The notes beneath the pieces are model-generated. The model was not told the DNA's origin. It was given only the letters and a program-made list of their open reading frames with translations, and made no database searches. A DNA stretch of 64,000 nucleotides, from assembly GCA_944386165.1 (NCBI GenBank), contig CALXAA010000004.1, positions 1,105 to 65,104 on the forward strand. The letters are read 5' to 3'. This document shows positions 44,736-55,169 of this stretch, in pieces; positions within the stretch are counted from its first letter, which is position 1; each line of letters starts with the position of its first letter. The translations under genes were made by a program, and so were the position numbers. Source of the stretch: an uncultured Clostridia bacterium. Its GTDB lineage: Bacteria > Bacillota > Clostridia > TANB77 > CAG-508.

Positions 44736-46481
44736 ATGGGGAACATAGTATTATTAGATGACTTAACAATAAACAAAATAGCAGCTGGAGAAGTAATAGA
44801 AAGACCACTAAATGTAGTAAAAGAAGTAGTAGAAAATTCAATAGATGCAGGTGCAACCAAAATAACTATCGAAATAAAAAAAGGAGGAAAACAACTAATA
44901 AAAGTTGTTGACAATGGAAAAGGCATCCAAAAAGATGATATGGACATTGCACTTGAAAGACATGCTACATCAAAACTACGTAAAATAGAAGATTTAGAAA
45001 ACATATATACAATGGGATTTAGAGGAGAAGCTTTAGCAAGCATTTCAGCAGTTTCAAAACTAACAATGATTTCTAGAACAAATAAAGATGATTTTGGAAA
45101 CAAAATTATTGCAGAAGCAGGAGACATTATCCAAAGAGAAGAAACTGGTTCACCAATAGGAACAACAATAATTGTAGAAAACTTATTTTTCAATGTACCT
45201 GTAAGATATAAATTTTTAAAACAAGACGCAACAGAATTTAAATATATAAAAGACTGGCTACAAAAAGCAGTATTTTCAAATCCATCAATATCATTTAAAC
45301 TGATAAATGAAGATAAAGTAGTATTTCAATCTAATGGAAATGGAAAAATTGAAGACATAATTTATTCAATTTATGGAAAAGAATTAAAAGAAAACATTGT
45401 AAAAGTAGATTTTGAAGAAGAAGGAATAAAAGTTACTGGAGTAATTGGAAACACAAGAATTGCAAGAGATTCAAGAAAAGACCAGATAATTTTTCTAAAC
45501 AAAAGAAATATAAGAAATCAAATTTTAACAAACAGTGCTGACCAAGCATTTAAAGGAAGCATAGGAATAGGAAAGTACGGATTTTTTATTTTAAACTTAG
45601 AAATGCCAGCTAATTTTTATGACATAAATGTTCATCCTACAAAAATGGAAGTAAGATTTGTAGATGATGATAAAATATATAAAATTTTTTATCATGCAAT
45701 AAAAAATGCTATGCTTACTAAAGAATTCTTAGGAAATACTCAAGTAGAAAAAAATGAAGAATATGTAGCAAATGAATTTAAATTTTTAACAAATCATTTT
45801 ACCAAAGAAACAAATACTAATAACTATTTTTCAAGGCTAACAGTAAATGCAAATAAAAGTATAAACATTTTAGAAGAAAAAGATGACCTAATATATAGGC
45901 AAAATAAAAGAGATGTTCAATATAAATATATAGGAATTATATTTAGAACATTTATAATAGTTGAAATAGAAGACCAATTGTATCTTATTGACCAACATGC
46001 AGCTCATGAAAGATTGTTATATGAGCAAATAAAAGAAAATTATAAAAATAATATGAGTAGTAATAGCCAGATGATGTTAGTACCAGAAATTTATAATTTA
46101 ACACACAAAGAATTTGAATTTGTAACACAAAATATAGAAATGTTCAAAATATATGGGTTTGACATAGAACTATTTGGATCAAATTCAGTAAAAATAAATG
46201 GTATTCCAGACATTGAATATAGATCAAAAAGCAAAAACATTTTTTTAGAAGTACTTGATGAGATGATTACAAATGAAAGAGTTTCTTTAAAAGATGTTGA
46301 AGAACGTTTTATAGCAACTGTTGCATGTAAAGCAGCTGTTAAAGCAAATATGGACTTAAATCAACATGAAGTAGATTATCTTATTCAAAATTTGTTAAAA
46401 TTAAAAAATCCATATACATGCCCACATGGTAGACCTACTACAATTAAGTTTAGTAAAGACGAACTATTTAAAAATATATAG
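44736..46481 (+). CDS. mutL: DNA mismatch repair protein MutL
   Basis: The motifs IAAGEVIERPLNVVKEVVENSIDAG, GFRGEAL, and the C-terminal CPHGRPT are present. Confidence 0.96.
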   Translation: MGNIVLLDDLTINKIAAGEVIERPLNVVKEVVENSIDAGATKITIEIKKGGKQLIKVVDNGKGIQKDDMDIALERHATSKLRKIEDLENIYTMGFRGEALASISAVSKLTMISRTNKDDFGNKIIAEAGDIIQREETGSPIGTTIIVENLFFNVPVRYKFLKQDATEFKYIKDWLQKAVFSNPSISFKLINEDKVVFQSNGNGKIEDIIYSIYGKELKENIVKVDFEEEGIKVTGVIGNTRIARDSRKDQIIFLNKRNIRNQILTNSADQAFKGSIGIGKYGFFILNLEMPANFYDINVHPTKMEVRFVDDDKIYKIFYHAIKNAMLTKEFLGNTQVEKNEEYVANEFKFLTNHFTKETNTNNYFSRLTVNANKSINILEEKDDLIYRQNKRDVQYKYIGIIFRTFIIVEIEDQLYLIDQHAAHERLLYEQIKENYKNNMSSNSQMMLVPEIYNLTHKEFEFVTQNIEMFKIYGFDIELFGSNSVKINGIPDIEYRSKSKNIFLEVLDEMITNERVSLKDVEERFIATVACKAAVKANMDLNQHEVDYLIQNLLKLKNPYTCPHGRPTTIKFSKDELFKNI

Positions 46482-46561
46482 TCTTTTATTTTTGATAAAA
46501 TACCATAAAAAGTAAATTGAATTTTTGGTTAAAATAGAGAGCAAAATATGCAAAATAAATA

Positions 46562-46590
46562 TTGACAATTTTGAAAAATAAGAATATAAT
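46562..46590 (+). promoter_or_regulatory. Consensus promoter TTGACA-17-TATAAT for the glyQS leader
   Basis: Read directly. Confidence 0.7.
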
Positions 46591-46596
46591 AACAAT

Positions 46597-46812
46597 AATT
46601 TAATATTTGAATTACGATGAAAAAGAAAAATTATAAAATAGTATTTATAGAGAGTTAGTGGTTGGTGTAAACTAACAATACCATTTATAAGGGGAGCTTT
46701 GGAGTAATATAAATTAAGGTGCTTAAAATATTGAATTTTAAGAATTAGGGTGGAATCGCGGAAGAACTTTCGTCCCTAGCAATTTTTGCTAGGAATGGAA
46801 GTTCTTTTTTTG
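46597..46812 (+). promoter_or_regulatory. T-box riboswitch leader (glycine)
   Basis: It has an AGAGA/GA-motif region, an AGTA box, the T-box sequence AGGGTGGAATCGCG (46747-46760), and a terminator hairpin with a T8 run ending near 46812. It lies directly upstream of glycyl-tRNA synthetase. I could not pin down the specifier codon (GGT at 46718-46720 is a candidate). Confidence 0.85.
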
Positions 46813-46875
46813 AAAACATAATACTTTTCAAAACTCAAATTTTACATTGTAATTATAATTGAAAGGAGAATAAAC

Positions 46876-48258
46876 ATGGTAAAATCGATGGAAACAATAG
46901 TAAACCTATGTAAAGCAAGAGGATATATTTATCCAGGTTCAGAAATATATGGAGGATTAGCAAACACATGGGATTATGGACCACTTGGAGTTGAATTAAA
47001 AGATAATATAAAAAAATTATGGAGAAAAAAATTCATACAAGAAAACAAACATAATGTAGGGCTAGATGCAGCAATATTAATGAACCCATCAGTATGGGTA
47101 GCATCTGGACATGTTGGAGGATTTTCAGACCCACTTATAGACTGCAAAGAATGTAAAACAAGACATAGAGCAGACAAACTAATAGAAGAATGGGCACATG
47201 AAAAAGGAAAAGACATGATTGCAGATGGAATGTCAGATGAAGAAATGATTAAATTTATAGATGATAATAATATATGCTGTCCAAACTGTGGTAAACATAA
47301 TTTCACATCAATACGTAAATTTAACCTAATGTTTAAAACATTTCAAGGTGTAACAGAAGATGCAAAATCAGAAATTTATTTGAGACCAGAAACAGCTCAA
47401 GGAATATTTGTAAACTTCAAAAATGTAATAAGAACAACAAGAAAAAAATTACCAATGGGAATTGCACAAATAGGAAAAGCATTCAGAAATGAAATCACTC
47501 CAGGAAACTTTACATTTAGAACAAGAGAATTTGAACAAATGGAACTAGAATTTTTCTGCAAACCAGGTACAGACTTAGAATGGTTTAAATACTGGAAAGA
47601 ATTCTGTGAAAATTGGTTAATTTCATTAGGAATGAAAAAAGAAAATATACGTTTAAGAGACCACAGCCCAGAAGAACTAGTATTTTATAGTAAAGCAACA
47701 ACAGATATTGAATTTGCATTTCCATTTGGATGGGGAGAACTATGGGGAATTGCAGACAGAACAGATTATGATTTATCAAATCATATTAGAGTATCTAATG
47801 AAGACTTAACATATTTAGATCCAGAAACAAATGAAAGATATACACCATACTGTATAGAGCCATCACTTGGGGCAGATAGAGTTGCACTTGCATTCTTATG
47901 TAATGCATATGATGAAGAAGAAATTGCAGAAGGAGATACAAGAGTTGTATTACATTTACATCCAGCCTTAGCACCATATAAAGTTGCAGTATTACCATTA
48001 TCAAAGAAATTATCAGAAAAAGCAGAAGAAGTATATGAAATGCTTTCAAAAAAATTCATGTGTGAATATGACGAAACAGGATCAATAGGAAAACGTTATA
48101 GAAGAGAAGATGAAATTGGTACACCATATTGTGTAACTATAGATTTTGACACATTAAATGACAATACAGTAACAATAAGAGATAGAGACACTATGGAACA
48201 AGTAAGAGTTAAAATAGATGAACTTGAAAATTGGATTGCTAAAAAAATTGAATTTTAG
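46876..48258 (+). CDS. glyQS: Glycyl-tRNA synthetase (alpha2 type)
   Basis: [24 protein letters not shown]...RPETAQGIF...FRNE. Confidence 0.95.
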   Translation: MVKSMETIVNLCKARGYIYPGSEIYGGLANTWDYGPLGVELKDNIKKLWRKKFIQENKHNVGLDAAILMNPSVWVASGHVGGFSDPLIDCKECKTRHRADKLIEEWAHEKGKDMIADGMSDEEMIKFIDDNNICCPNCGKHNFTSIRKFNLMFKTFQGVTEDAKSEIYLRPETAQGIFVNFKNVIRTTRKKLPMGIAQIGKAFRNEITPGNFTFRTREFEQMELEFFCKPGTDLEWFKYWKEFCENWLISLGMKKENIRLRDHSPEELVFYSKATTDIEFAFPFGWGELWGIADRTDYDLSNHIRVSNEDLTYLDPETNERYTPYCIEPSLGADRVALAFLCNAYDEEEIAEGDTRVVLHLHPALAPYKVAVLPLSKKLSEKAEEVYEMLSKKFMCEYDETGSIGKRYRREDEIGTPYCVTIDFDTLNDNTVTIRDRDTMEQVRVKIDELENWIAKKIEF

Positions 48259-48312
48259 TTATAAAGCCTTCAATTAAGCTAAAGTGTAAAAGTATTAGAA
48301 ACCAAAGAAAGG

Positions 48313-49026
48313 ATGAAACAAATGGAAAATAAAAAAACAATAATTGCCATAATAATAATTTCTATTTTAATAGTAGCATTAATTGCAGTATCATTTTTAT
48401 ACAGTAAATTTAATAAAACACAGTTAGATACATTAACAGAAGAGTCAAATAAATTAATACAACAAGATTTAATAAATGAAGAAATAAATGAAGAAATAAG
48501 AACTCAAAAAGAATATGCAATAGTTGAAAAAACAATTAAAGAATATTTAACTAATATAAAAAATATATATTTAGAAGTTGAAAAACTAAATTCACAAATT
48601 AATGCAGAAGAAATTTTTTCAGCATCAAATGCAGAAGATGGTAAATTTAATAATGTTGATTCATTAGTAGATGAATATAAAGAAAAAAGTAAAGAATACT
48701 TAGAACAATGCATAAGCTTAATTGAAGAAGACAGTATTATGGAAGCAATAAATAATGCAGAACTAACAGCAAAAAAAGATTATTATGTAGATTTATATAA
48801 AACAGTAATGCTTTCAGACTCAATGAAAAATCAATTATTAAAAATGGAAGAAAGTGTAGAAAAAAGTAGAGATAATTTAATTGACAAACTTACAATTGTT
48901 TCTAATATAAAAAAATTTTTAGAAGAAAATTCTAGATATTGGAATGTTAAAGATGATCAATTAATTTTTACTAATACAAACATTATGGTACAATATTATG
49001 ATTTACTTAATGAATTAAATTCATAA
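48313..49026 (+). CDS. Hypothetical membrane-anchored coiled-coil protein (237 aa)
   Basis: An N-terminal TM helix (IIAIIIISILIVALIAVSFLY) is followed by a helical extracytoplasmic region. Confidence 0.65.
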   Translation: MKQMENKKTIIAIIIISILIVALIAVSFLYSKFNKTQLDTLTEESNKLIQQDLINEEINEEIRTQKEYAIVEKTIKEYLTNIKNIYLEVEKLNSQINAEEIFSASNAEDGKFNNVDSLVDEYKEKSKEYLEQCISLIEEDSIMEAINNAELTAKKDYYVDLYKTVMLSDSMKNQLLKMEESVEKSRDNLIDKLTIVSNIKKFLEENSRYWNVKDDQLIFTNTNIMVQYYDLLNELNS

Positions 49027-49082
49027 AAAAATTAAGAAAGGAGAGCATGGTTATTTTCTTTTATAAATAACCATGAATTGAT

Positions 49083-50447
49083 ATGAGAAAATATTTTGGA
49101 ACAGATGGAATTCGTAGAATAGCAAATACAGAATTATCACCTGAATTAGTATATAGAGTAGCAAAATCAGGAGCATATGTATTATCAAAACATACAGATA
49201 AAACTCCAACAATTTTAATAGGAAGAGATACAAGACTTTCAGGAACATTAATAGAAAGTGCTATGGTTGCAGGATTTTTAAGTTATGGTGCAAATGTTAA
49301 ATTACTTGGAGTTATGCCAACTCCTGCAGTAGCATATTTAACAAGAAAATTACAAGCAGATGCAAGTGTAGTAATATCTGCATCACATAATACATTTGAA
49401 TTTAATGGAATAAAATATTTTAGTAATAAGGGAATGAAGATTCCAGATGAATTAGAAGAAGAAATTGAAGAAACAATGGATTCTGGCAAATTAGACCAAT
49501 TAACAGCAGTAAAAGACAAAATAGGAGTTTCAGAAGTTAGAACAGATTTACTAGATGAATATGTATATTTCTTTAGAAAGAATTTTGACGATAATATTGA
49601 AAAATACAATAATCCAAATTTTAAAGTTGCAATTGATACTGCAAATGGTGCAACATTTAAGGTTGTTGAAATGATATTTAAATTACTAAAAATTAATCAT
49701 GTAATAATAAATAATAATCCAAACGGGATAAACATTAATGAAAATTGTGGTTCAACACATCTAGAAAGCTTAAAAGAATATGTAATTAAAAACAAAATGA
49801 GTTTAGGAATTGCATATGACGGTGATGGAGATAGATGCTTAGCTGTTGACGAAAAAGGTGAAGAAATTGATGGTGATAAAATTTTAGCAATTCTTGCAAA
49901 CTATTTAAAACAAAAAGGAAAACTTTCAAAAGACACAATAGTTGCAACAGTTATGAGTAATTTAGGACTTAATAAATATGCAGAAGCAAATAAGCTAAAA
50001 TTAATACAAACTAAAGTTGGAGATAGATATGTTTTAGAAGAAATGTTAAAAAATGGATACAATTTAGGAGGAGAACAATCTGGTCATGTTATTTTATTAG
50101 ATTATAATCCAACTGGAGATGGAATATTAACATCATTAATGTTAATACAAGCAATACTTGAAAGTGGTAAAAAAGCATCTGAACTTGGAAACATCGTACA
50201 AAAATATCCACAAGTATTAATTAATGCAAAAGTAGATTCTAACAAAAAATATGATTACGAAAAAAACCCAGAAATAAAAACAGCAATAGAGAAATTAGAA
50301 CAAGAATTTTCAGGAAATGGAAGAGTTTTAATCCGTCCTTCTGGTACAGAACCACTTGTTAGAGTAATGATTGAAGGAAAAGATACAAAATTAATTGAAG
50401 AAAAAGCAAAAAAATTAGCAGACTTAATAGAAGAAAAATGTAAATAA
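49083..50447 (+). CDS. glmM: Phosphoglucosamine mutase
   Basis: The motifs YFGTDGIR, ISASHN (active-site Ser), DGDGDR and GGEQSGH are present. Confidence 0.95.
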   Translation: MRKYFGTDGIRRIANTELSPELVYRVAKSGAYVLSKHTDKTPTILIGRDTRLSGTLIESAMVAGFLSYGANVKLLGVMPTPAVAYLTRKLQADASVVISASHNTFEFNGIKYFSNKGMKIPDELEEEIEETMDSGKLDQLTAVKDKIGVSEVRTDLLDEYVYFFRKNFDDNIEKYNNPNFKVAIDTANGATFKVVEMIFKLLKINHVIINNNPNGININENCGSTHLESLKEYVIKNKMSLGIAYDGDGDRCLAVDEKGEEIDGDKILAILANYLKQKGKLSKDTIVATVMSNLGLNKYAEANKLKLIQTKVGDRYVLEEMLKNGYNLGGEQSGHVILLDYNPTGDGILTSLMLIQAILESGKKASELGNIVQKYPQVLINAKVDSNKKYDYEKNPEIKTAIEKLEQEFSGNGRVLIRPSGTEPLVRVMIEGKDTKLIEEKAKKLADLIEEKCK

Positions 50448-50457
50448 TGCAAAAATA

Positions 50458-50464
50458 ATGTCGA
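50458..50464 (+). promoter_or_regulatory. Perfect Spo0A-type 0A box (TGTCGAA) after glmM and upstream of the adhesin gene
   Basis: Read directly. It shares AATAATGTCGAA with the 31685 copy. Confidence 0.3.
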
Positions 50465-50522
50465 AAAGATATTTTTGAAATTAAAAAAACTACTTGAAGT
50501 TCAAAATAAACTATGTTACTAT

Positions 50523-50560
50523 AAATACATACTAAGATTTTTAGTATGTATTTATTTTTT
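50523..50560 (+). terminator. Terminator after glmM (13-bp perfect stem AAATACATACTAA / TTAGTATGTATTT)
   Basis: The inverted repeat is followed by ATTTTTT. Confidence 0.8.
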
Positions 50561-50729
50561 AATCAAATAAAAATTTTAAAATCAATTTATTTAAAAATCA
50601 AACATTTTCCCAAATTATATTAAATGTTATAAAAAAACTTATTTAGCGCGCAATAAGTATTTTTTAATGAAAAATTTTTATAAATGCACTAAAAATCGAA
50701 GTTTAATAAATAATAAGGAAGGAATTTTT

Positions 50730-52628
50730 ATGAAAACGAAAATAATAAGCACGATTTTAATAACATTTATTTTATTAAATGCAATATTACAAATACCTGT
50801 TAATGCAATACCAATGCAAGAAACCAAAATAGAAAATTTAGGACAATGTGAAATGCATTTACAATATTGGAAAGAGCCAGATGGAATATGGAGTTATATA
50901 GTAACAACAATGGTAGGATATAGAATAAATGGAAACTTACACTATGCATATTGTTTGCAACGTGAAAGGAAAGGAGTTGGAGGAGACCAAGAAAGTTATA
51001 ATGTAAATGTAACAGAAATGTTAAAAGACGAAAAAATATGGAGAGCAATAATAAATGGATTTCCATATAAAAGTGCAGAAGAATTAGGGGTCGAAAATGA
51101 CCAAGATGCCTTTGTTGCAACTAAACAAGCAATATACAGTGTTATGTATGATTGGGATGTGGATACACATTTTAGAGGAGCAGATGAAAGAGGTTGGAAA
51201 ATATTTAATGCAATAAAAACAATTACAAACAATGCAAGAAATGGTACAGAAACACCAAACAAATCAAATGTATTAGAAATAAAACCAGTTGGAGAATTCA
51301 AGAAAGAAAATAATAATTATTATTCACAAGAATATAGTGTAAAAGCAAGTGTAGATATGAGTAATTACATCATAACCAAAATTGAAAACTTCCCAGAAGG
51401 AAGTATAGTTACAGATTTAAATAATAATCTAAAAACAGAATTTTCGCCTAATCAAAACTTCAAAATATTAATACCAAAAAATAAAATTTTAAATAATTTT
51501 GAAGGAACTATAAAAATAAATGGTAGAGTAAAAACATATCCTGTATTTTATGGTGCAAGTTATGACGAAAATCTTCAAGATTATGCACTAACATATGATG
51601 CATATGAAACAGTAGGAGATGAAATTACATTGAGAGTAAATGCATACAAATCAAAAATAACAGTAATAAAAAAAGACGGTGAAACAAATAAACCAATTGA
51701 AAATGTTGAATTTAATGTAAAATATAAAGATGGAACCCAAATTGGAAATTTTAAAACAGACCAAAATGGAACAATAACAATATCAAATTTAAAACAAGGA
51801 ACAATAATACTTACAGAAACAAAAACACAAGAACAATACGTATTAGATGGAACAGAAAAAGAAATAATAATTGAATATGATGAAGAAAAAACAATTGAAA
51901 TAAAAAATAAAAGAAAAAAAGGAAATATCACAATAAAAAAAGTAGATAAGGATGATAACTCTATAAATTTAAGTGGAGTAGAATTTGACTTAATAGCTCA
52001 AAATGGAGATATTGTAAAACATCTAGTTACAGATAAAAATGGTGAAGCTAAAGCCGAAAATATAGATATTGGAAATTATATATTAAAAGAAACCAAAACC
52101 AATCAAGAATATAAATTATCATTACAGCAAGATATTACAATAGAATGGAATAAAACCTTTAATATTCAAATAGAAAATGAAAAGATAAAAGGCAAAGTTA
52201 AGGTAATCAAAACAAGTGAAGATGATAATTTAATTAATGGAGACAAGGCAGGCACACCAATAGCAAATGTAAAATTTGTAATATATGATGAAAAAGGAGA
52301 AATAGTAGATACACTTATTACAGAAACTGATGGAATAGCAATTTCAAAAGACTTAGTAAAAGGAAAATATATTATTAAAGAAATAGAAACAGGTGATGCT
52401 TATGAATTAAATGAAGAAGATTTTACTATTGAAATAAAAAAAGATGGAGAAGTTGTAGAATTAGAAATAAGTAATAAATCTAAAACTCCTCCACCAGAAG
52501 AACCTCCGGAAGAACCACCTGTTGAAGAACCTCCAATTGAAGTGCCTCCAGAGGAACCACCAGAGGAGCCTGAAATTGAAGTTCCACCTGTTGAAGAACC
52601 TAAAAAATTACCTGTTACAGGATATTAA
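50730..52628 (+). CDS. Surface adhesin: signal peptide, thioester-domain-like N-terminus, three SpaA/Cna-B-type repeats, Pro/Glu-rich stalk, LPVTG motif with no membrane anchor
   Basis: The start is ATG 50730 after AAGGAAGGA. AYCLQ...INGFPY...TKQAIY resembles Cys-Gln thioester domains. Repeated VIKKDGETNKPIENVEF / IKKVDKDDNSINLSGVEF / VIKTSEDD modules follow. The ORF ends LPVTGY-stop. Confidence 0.8.
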   Translation: MKTKIISTILITFILLNAILQIPVNAIPMQETKIENLGQCEMHLQYWKEPDGIWSYIVTTMVGYRINGNLHYAYCLQRERKGVGGDQESYNVNVTEMLKDEKIWRAIINGFPYKSAEELGVENDQDAFVATKQAIYSVMYDWDVDTHFRGADERGWKIFNAIKTITNNARNGTETPNKSNVLEIKPVGEFKKENNNYYSQEYSVKASVDMSNYIITKIENFPEGSIVTDLNNNLKTEFSPNQNFKILIPKNKILNNFEGTIKINGRVKTYPVFYGASYDENLQDYALTYDAYETVGDEITLRVNAYKSKITVIKKDGETNKPIENVEFNVKYKDGTQIGNFKTDQNGTITISNLKQGTIILTETKTQEQYVLDGTEKEIIIEYDEEKTIEIKNKRKKGNITIKKVDKDDNSINLSGVEFDLIAQNGDIVKHLVTDKNGEAKAENIDIGNYILKETKTNQEYKLSLQQDITIEWNKTFNIQIENEKIKGKVKVIKTSEDDNLINGDKAGTPIANVKFVIYDEKGEIVDTLITETDGIAISKDLVKGKYIIKEIETGDAYELNEEDFTIEIKKDGEVVELEISNKSKTPPPEEPPEEPPVEEPPIEVPPEEPPEEPEIEVPPVEEPKKLPVTGY

Positions 52629-53347
52629 ATATTTAAAGAACTATCTAAAGCAAGCTTAATCATATTATTTAATCCAGTTTGGCGTTCTTCAGGAGTTGCA
52701 ACATCTTTAATATATTTAGAATCAACAACACTCATAATACATGCTGCTCTTTTATTTAAAACTTTTGCAACATAAAATAAAGCAAAAGCTTCCATTTCAG
52801 CAGAAACAGGATTAAAATTTTTTGGAACCCTCTCAAGAAATTTATTTACATCAGTCATATAAACATCAAAACAATCTGTACAAACAGTATTACCTACATA
52901 TAATGGAATATTAGTATTTCTTGCAGTTTCCTTAATTATATTGTTTAAATCATTATTGCTAGAAACAATATGGCAATTTTCATTATTTAATGTTAAAGCA
53001 AAATTTCCCTCGCTAAAAACATTTTCTGCAAGTATTACATCAAATAATTTTAATTCAGGTTTATAAGCTCCACAAGAGCCAATACGAATTATATTTTCAA
53101 CTTCATAAAATTTATATAATTCATAACAATATATTCCCATACTTGGCATTCCCATTCCAGAAGCCATAACTGTTATTTCTTTATTTTTATATTTACCAGT
53201 ATAAGCATACATTCCTCTTACAGAATTTACTAATTTATAATCTTGTAAAAAGTTTTCTGCAATGTATTTTGCTCTTAGTGGATCTCCTGGCATTATAACT
53301 ATTTTTGCAATATCTCCTAAATTTGCTTCATTGTGTGGTGTAGACAT
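52625..53347 (-). CDS. deoD: Purine nucleoside phosphorylase (DeoD type)
   Basis: TPHNEANLGDIAKIVIMPGDPLRAKYIAE...GMGMPSMGIY...EMEAFALF. Confidence 0.93.
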   Translation of the reverse strand: MSTPHNEANLGDIAKIVIMPGDPLRAKYIAENFLQDYKLVNSVRGMYAYTGKYKNKEITVMASGMGMPSMGIYCYELYKFYEVENIIRIGSCGAYKPELKLFDVILAENVFSEGNFALTLNNENCHIVSSNNDLNNIIKETARNTNIPLYVGNTVCTDCFDVYMTDVNKFLERVPKNFNPVSAEMEAFALFYVAKVLNKRAACIMSVVDSKYIKDVATPEERQTGLNNMIKLALDSSLNI

Positions 53348-53563
53348 AAAAATACCTCCTATATATTTTAATTCAAAAAAATTATAACAATAAAAATTAA
53401 AAAAATCAAATTAGACTAATTTAGTCAATGATACTTTAAATTTAATATTAAAAGAATTGTTTGAAATAAGGCAACCACGGTTGCCCAATTTAAGGAGGTG
53501 AAACTTTATCCAAAGATATAATTTCTGCATTTTATTTAGATATAAAAAAGGAGGCAAGCCTTT

Positions 53564-55063
53564 ATGGAAGAAAACATAAAAAATATTATTTTATTAGGTG
53601 AAAATGTTAATACCGAATTAAAAGAAGCTAATAATGGATTACCAAAAAATATATTTGAAACAGTATGTTCTTTTCTAAATACTACTGGAGGATATATTAT
53701 ATTAGGTGTAAATGATATGAAAGAGATAATTGGAATAAAAAAAGAATTAATTGAAAAAATAAAAAAAGATTATACTTCACAATGTAATAATAAAGAAGTA
53801 TTAAATCCAACAATTTTTTCAGAATTACATGAAGTAAAGATAGAAAGAAAAATAATTTTATATAGTCATATTGAAGAATCAACAGAAATACATAAATGTA
53901 AAGGAAAAGTTTTCATACGTAATTATGAAGGCGATTTTGATATATCAAATAATATTCCATTGATTGCCAGTATTCACAATAAAAAAAGAAAAATATTTGA
54001 TGAAGATATAATTTATCCATTTGTTTCTGTAATAGATGATTTACGACATGATTTAATAGAAAAATCAAGAAAATTAGCTAATTTAAATGTCAAGAAAAGA
54101 CATATTTGGATGGATATGTCAGACTTAGAGTTATTAAAAAGTGCAGGGTTATACAAAATTGATAAAGAAACAGGAAAAGAAGGTGTAACACTAGCAGGAG
54201 TTATGCTATTTGGAAAAGATGAAGTTATTTCAAATATTAATCCTTATTGTAGAACTGATGCATTATATAAAGTTGATGATTTAGATAGATATGATGATAG
54301 AGATTTTATAGAAACTAATTTGATAGAAATGTATGATAGATTAATTGATTTTATTGTAAAATATACAATGGATAGATTTGCATTAGATGAAAATGCAAGA
54401 CGAGTAAGTCCAAGGAATGTCATGGCTCGTGAAATAGTATTAAATATGATCATGCATAGAGATTTAAAAGATGGACATACAAGTAGATTAATTATATATA
54501 AAGAAAAATTATTATGTGAGAATCCTAATTCTTTTAGAACGAATGAATTATTAACATTAAAAAATTATACACCATTTGCAAAGAATCCAACTTTAGCAAA
54601 ATTCTTTAGAGAAATAGGATATGCTGATGAATTAGGAAGTGGTTTTATAAAAATCACAAAAAACTCATACTTATATTCTGGTAAACCACCTATTTTTGAA
54701 GATAAAGAGATGTTTAGAGTAACAATTCCTCTACTAAGAGATGAAAAATTGGATGAAAAAGATTTAATTAATTTAGCTAATGATACTTTAAATGATACTT
54801 TAAATGACACTTTAAATGGCACTTTAAATGGCACTTTAAATAATATTTTGAATGATTCAAATGATACTTTAAATGATACATTAAATGATACTTTAAATTT
54901 GTTTAAAATGTATCCTAATATAAAACAAAAAGATATTGCTAAGAAATTAAAAGTTTCTGAAGTAACAATAAAAAGAAATATAAAAGAATTAAAAGAAAAA
55001 GGATATATTAAAAGAGAAGGTTCAAAAAAGACTGGACATTGGAAAATAATAAAAAATGACTAA
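53564..55063 (+). CDS. AlbA_2 (Schlafen-like divergent AAA) / HATPase-like / C-terminal wHTH protein
   Basis: The N-terminus GENVNTELKEA...ETVCSFLNTTGGYIILGV is typical of the AlbA_2 domain. The C-terminus KQKDIAKKLKVSEVTIKRNIKELKEKGYI is a wHTH. Confidence 0.75.
   Translation: MEENIKNIILLGENVNTELKEANNGLPKNIFETVCSFLNTTGGYIILGVNDMKEIIGIKKELIEKIKKDYTSQCNNKEVLNPTIFSELHEVKIERKIILYSHIEESTEIHKCKGKVFIRNYEGDFDISNNIPLIASIHNKKRKIFDEDIIYPFVSVIDDLRHDLIEKSRKLANLNVKKRHIWMDMSDLELLKSAGLYKIDKETGKEGVTLAGVMLFGKDEVISNINPYCRTDALYKVDDLDRYDDRDFIETNLIEMYDRLIDFIVKYTMDRFALDENARRVSPRNVMAREIVLNMIMHRDLKDGHTSRLIIYKEKLLCENPNSFRTNELLTLKNYTPFAKNPTLAKFFREIGYADELGSGFIKITKNSYLYSGKPPIFEDKEMFRVTIPLLRDEKLDEKDLINLANDTLNDTLNDTLNGTLNGTLNNILNDSNDTLNDTLNDTLNLFKMYPNIKQKDIAKKLKVSEVTIKRNIKELKEKGYIKREGSKKTGHWKIIKND
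54779..54898 (+). repeat. In-frame 12-nt tandem repeat (about 10 units, AATGATACTTTA and variants), encoding (NDTL/NGTL)n
   Basis: Read directly. It lies in the linker before the wHTH of the AlbA_2 protein. Confidence 0.9.
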
Positions 55064-55169
55064 ATTATAAATATTGAGAATAGCAATAAATTCATTTGAC
55101 TTTATGTCAATCTTAGAGTATAATTATATAGTCAGAAAAAACAATTGTTTTAAATTACGAGGTGAAAAA

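Noticed and set aside
44576-45193. A long minus-strand ORF (205 aa) antisense to mutL. Similar antisense ORFs occur at 5953-6459, 26971-27450, 58271-58735 and 63563-63958.
   Set aside because: All lie entirely inside strongly supported + strand genes (mutL, infB, mutS, valS, rho). Their translations are Ser/Phe/Leu/Ile-rich low-complexity strings, as expected from the complement of A-rich coding DNA. None has an RBS or recognisable motif.
53348-53563. A possible small RNA or leader in the 216-nt gap between deoD and the AlbA_2 gene (hairpin GGCAACCACGGTTGCC near 53470-53486).
   Set aside because: It is a single short hairpin with no conserved riboswitch motif that I recognise. It is most simply explained as promoter or leader DNA for the two divergent genes.
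54779-54898. Reading the (N-D/G-T-L)n repeat as a cluster of N-glycosylation sequons.
   Set aside because: The protein is cytoplasmic, with no signal peptide and a DNA-binding wHTH. No oligosaccharyltransferase or NGT-type enzyme is evident in the window. The sequon match is most likely coincidental.
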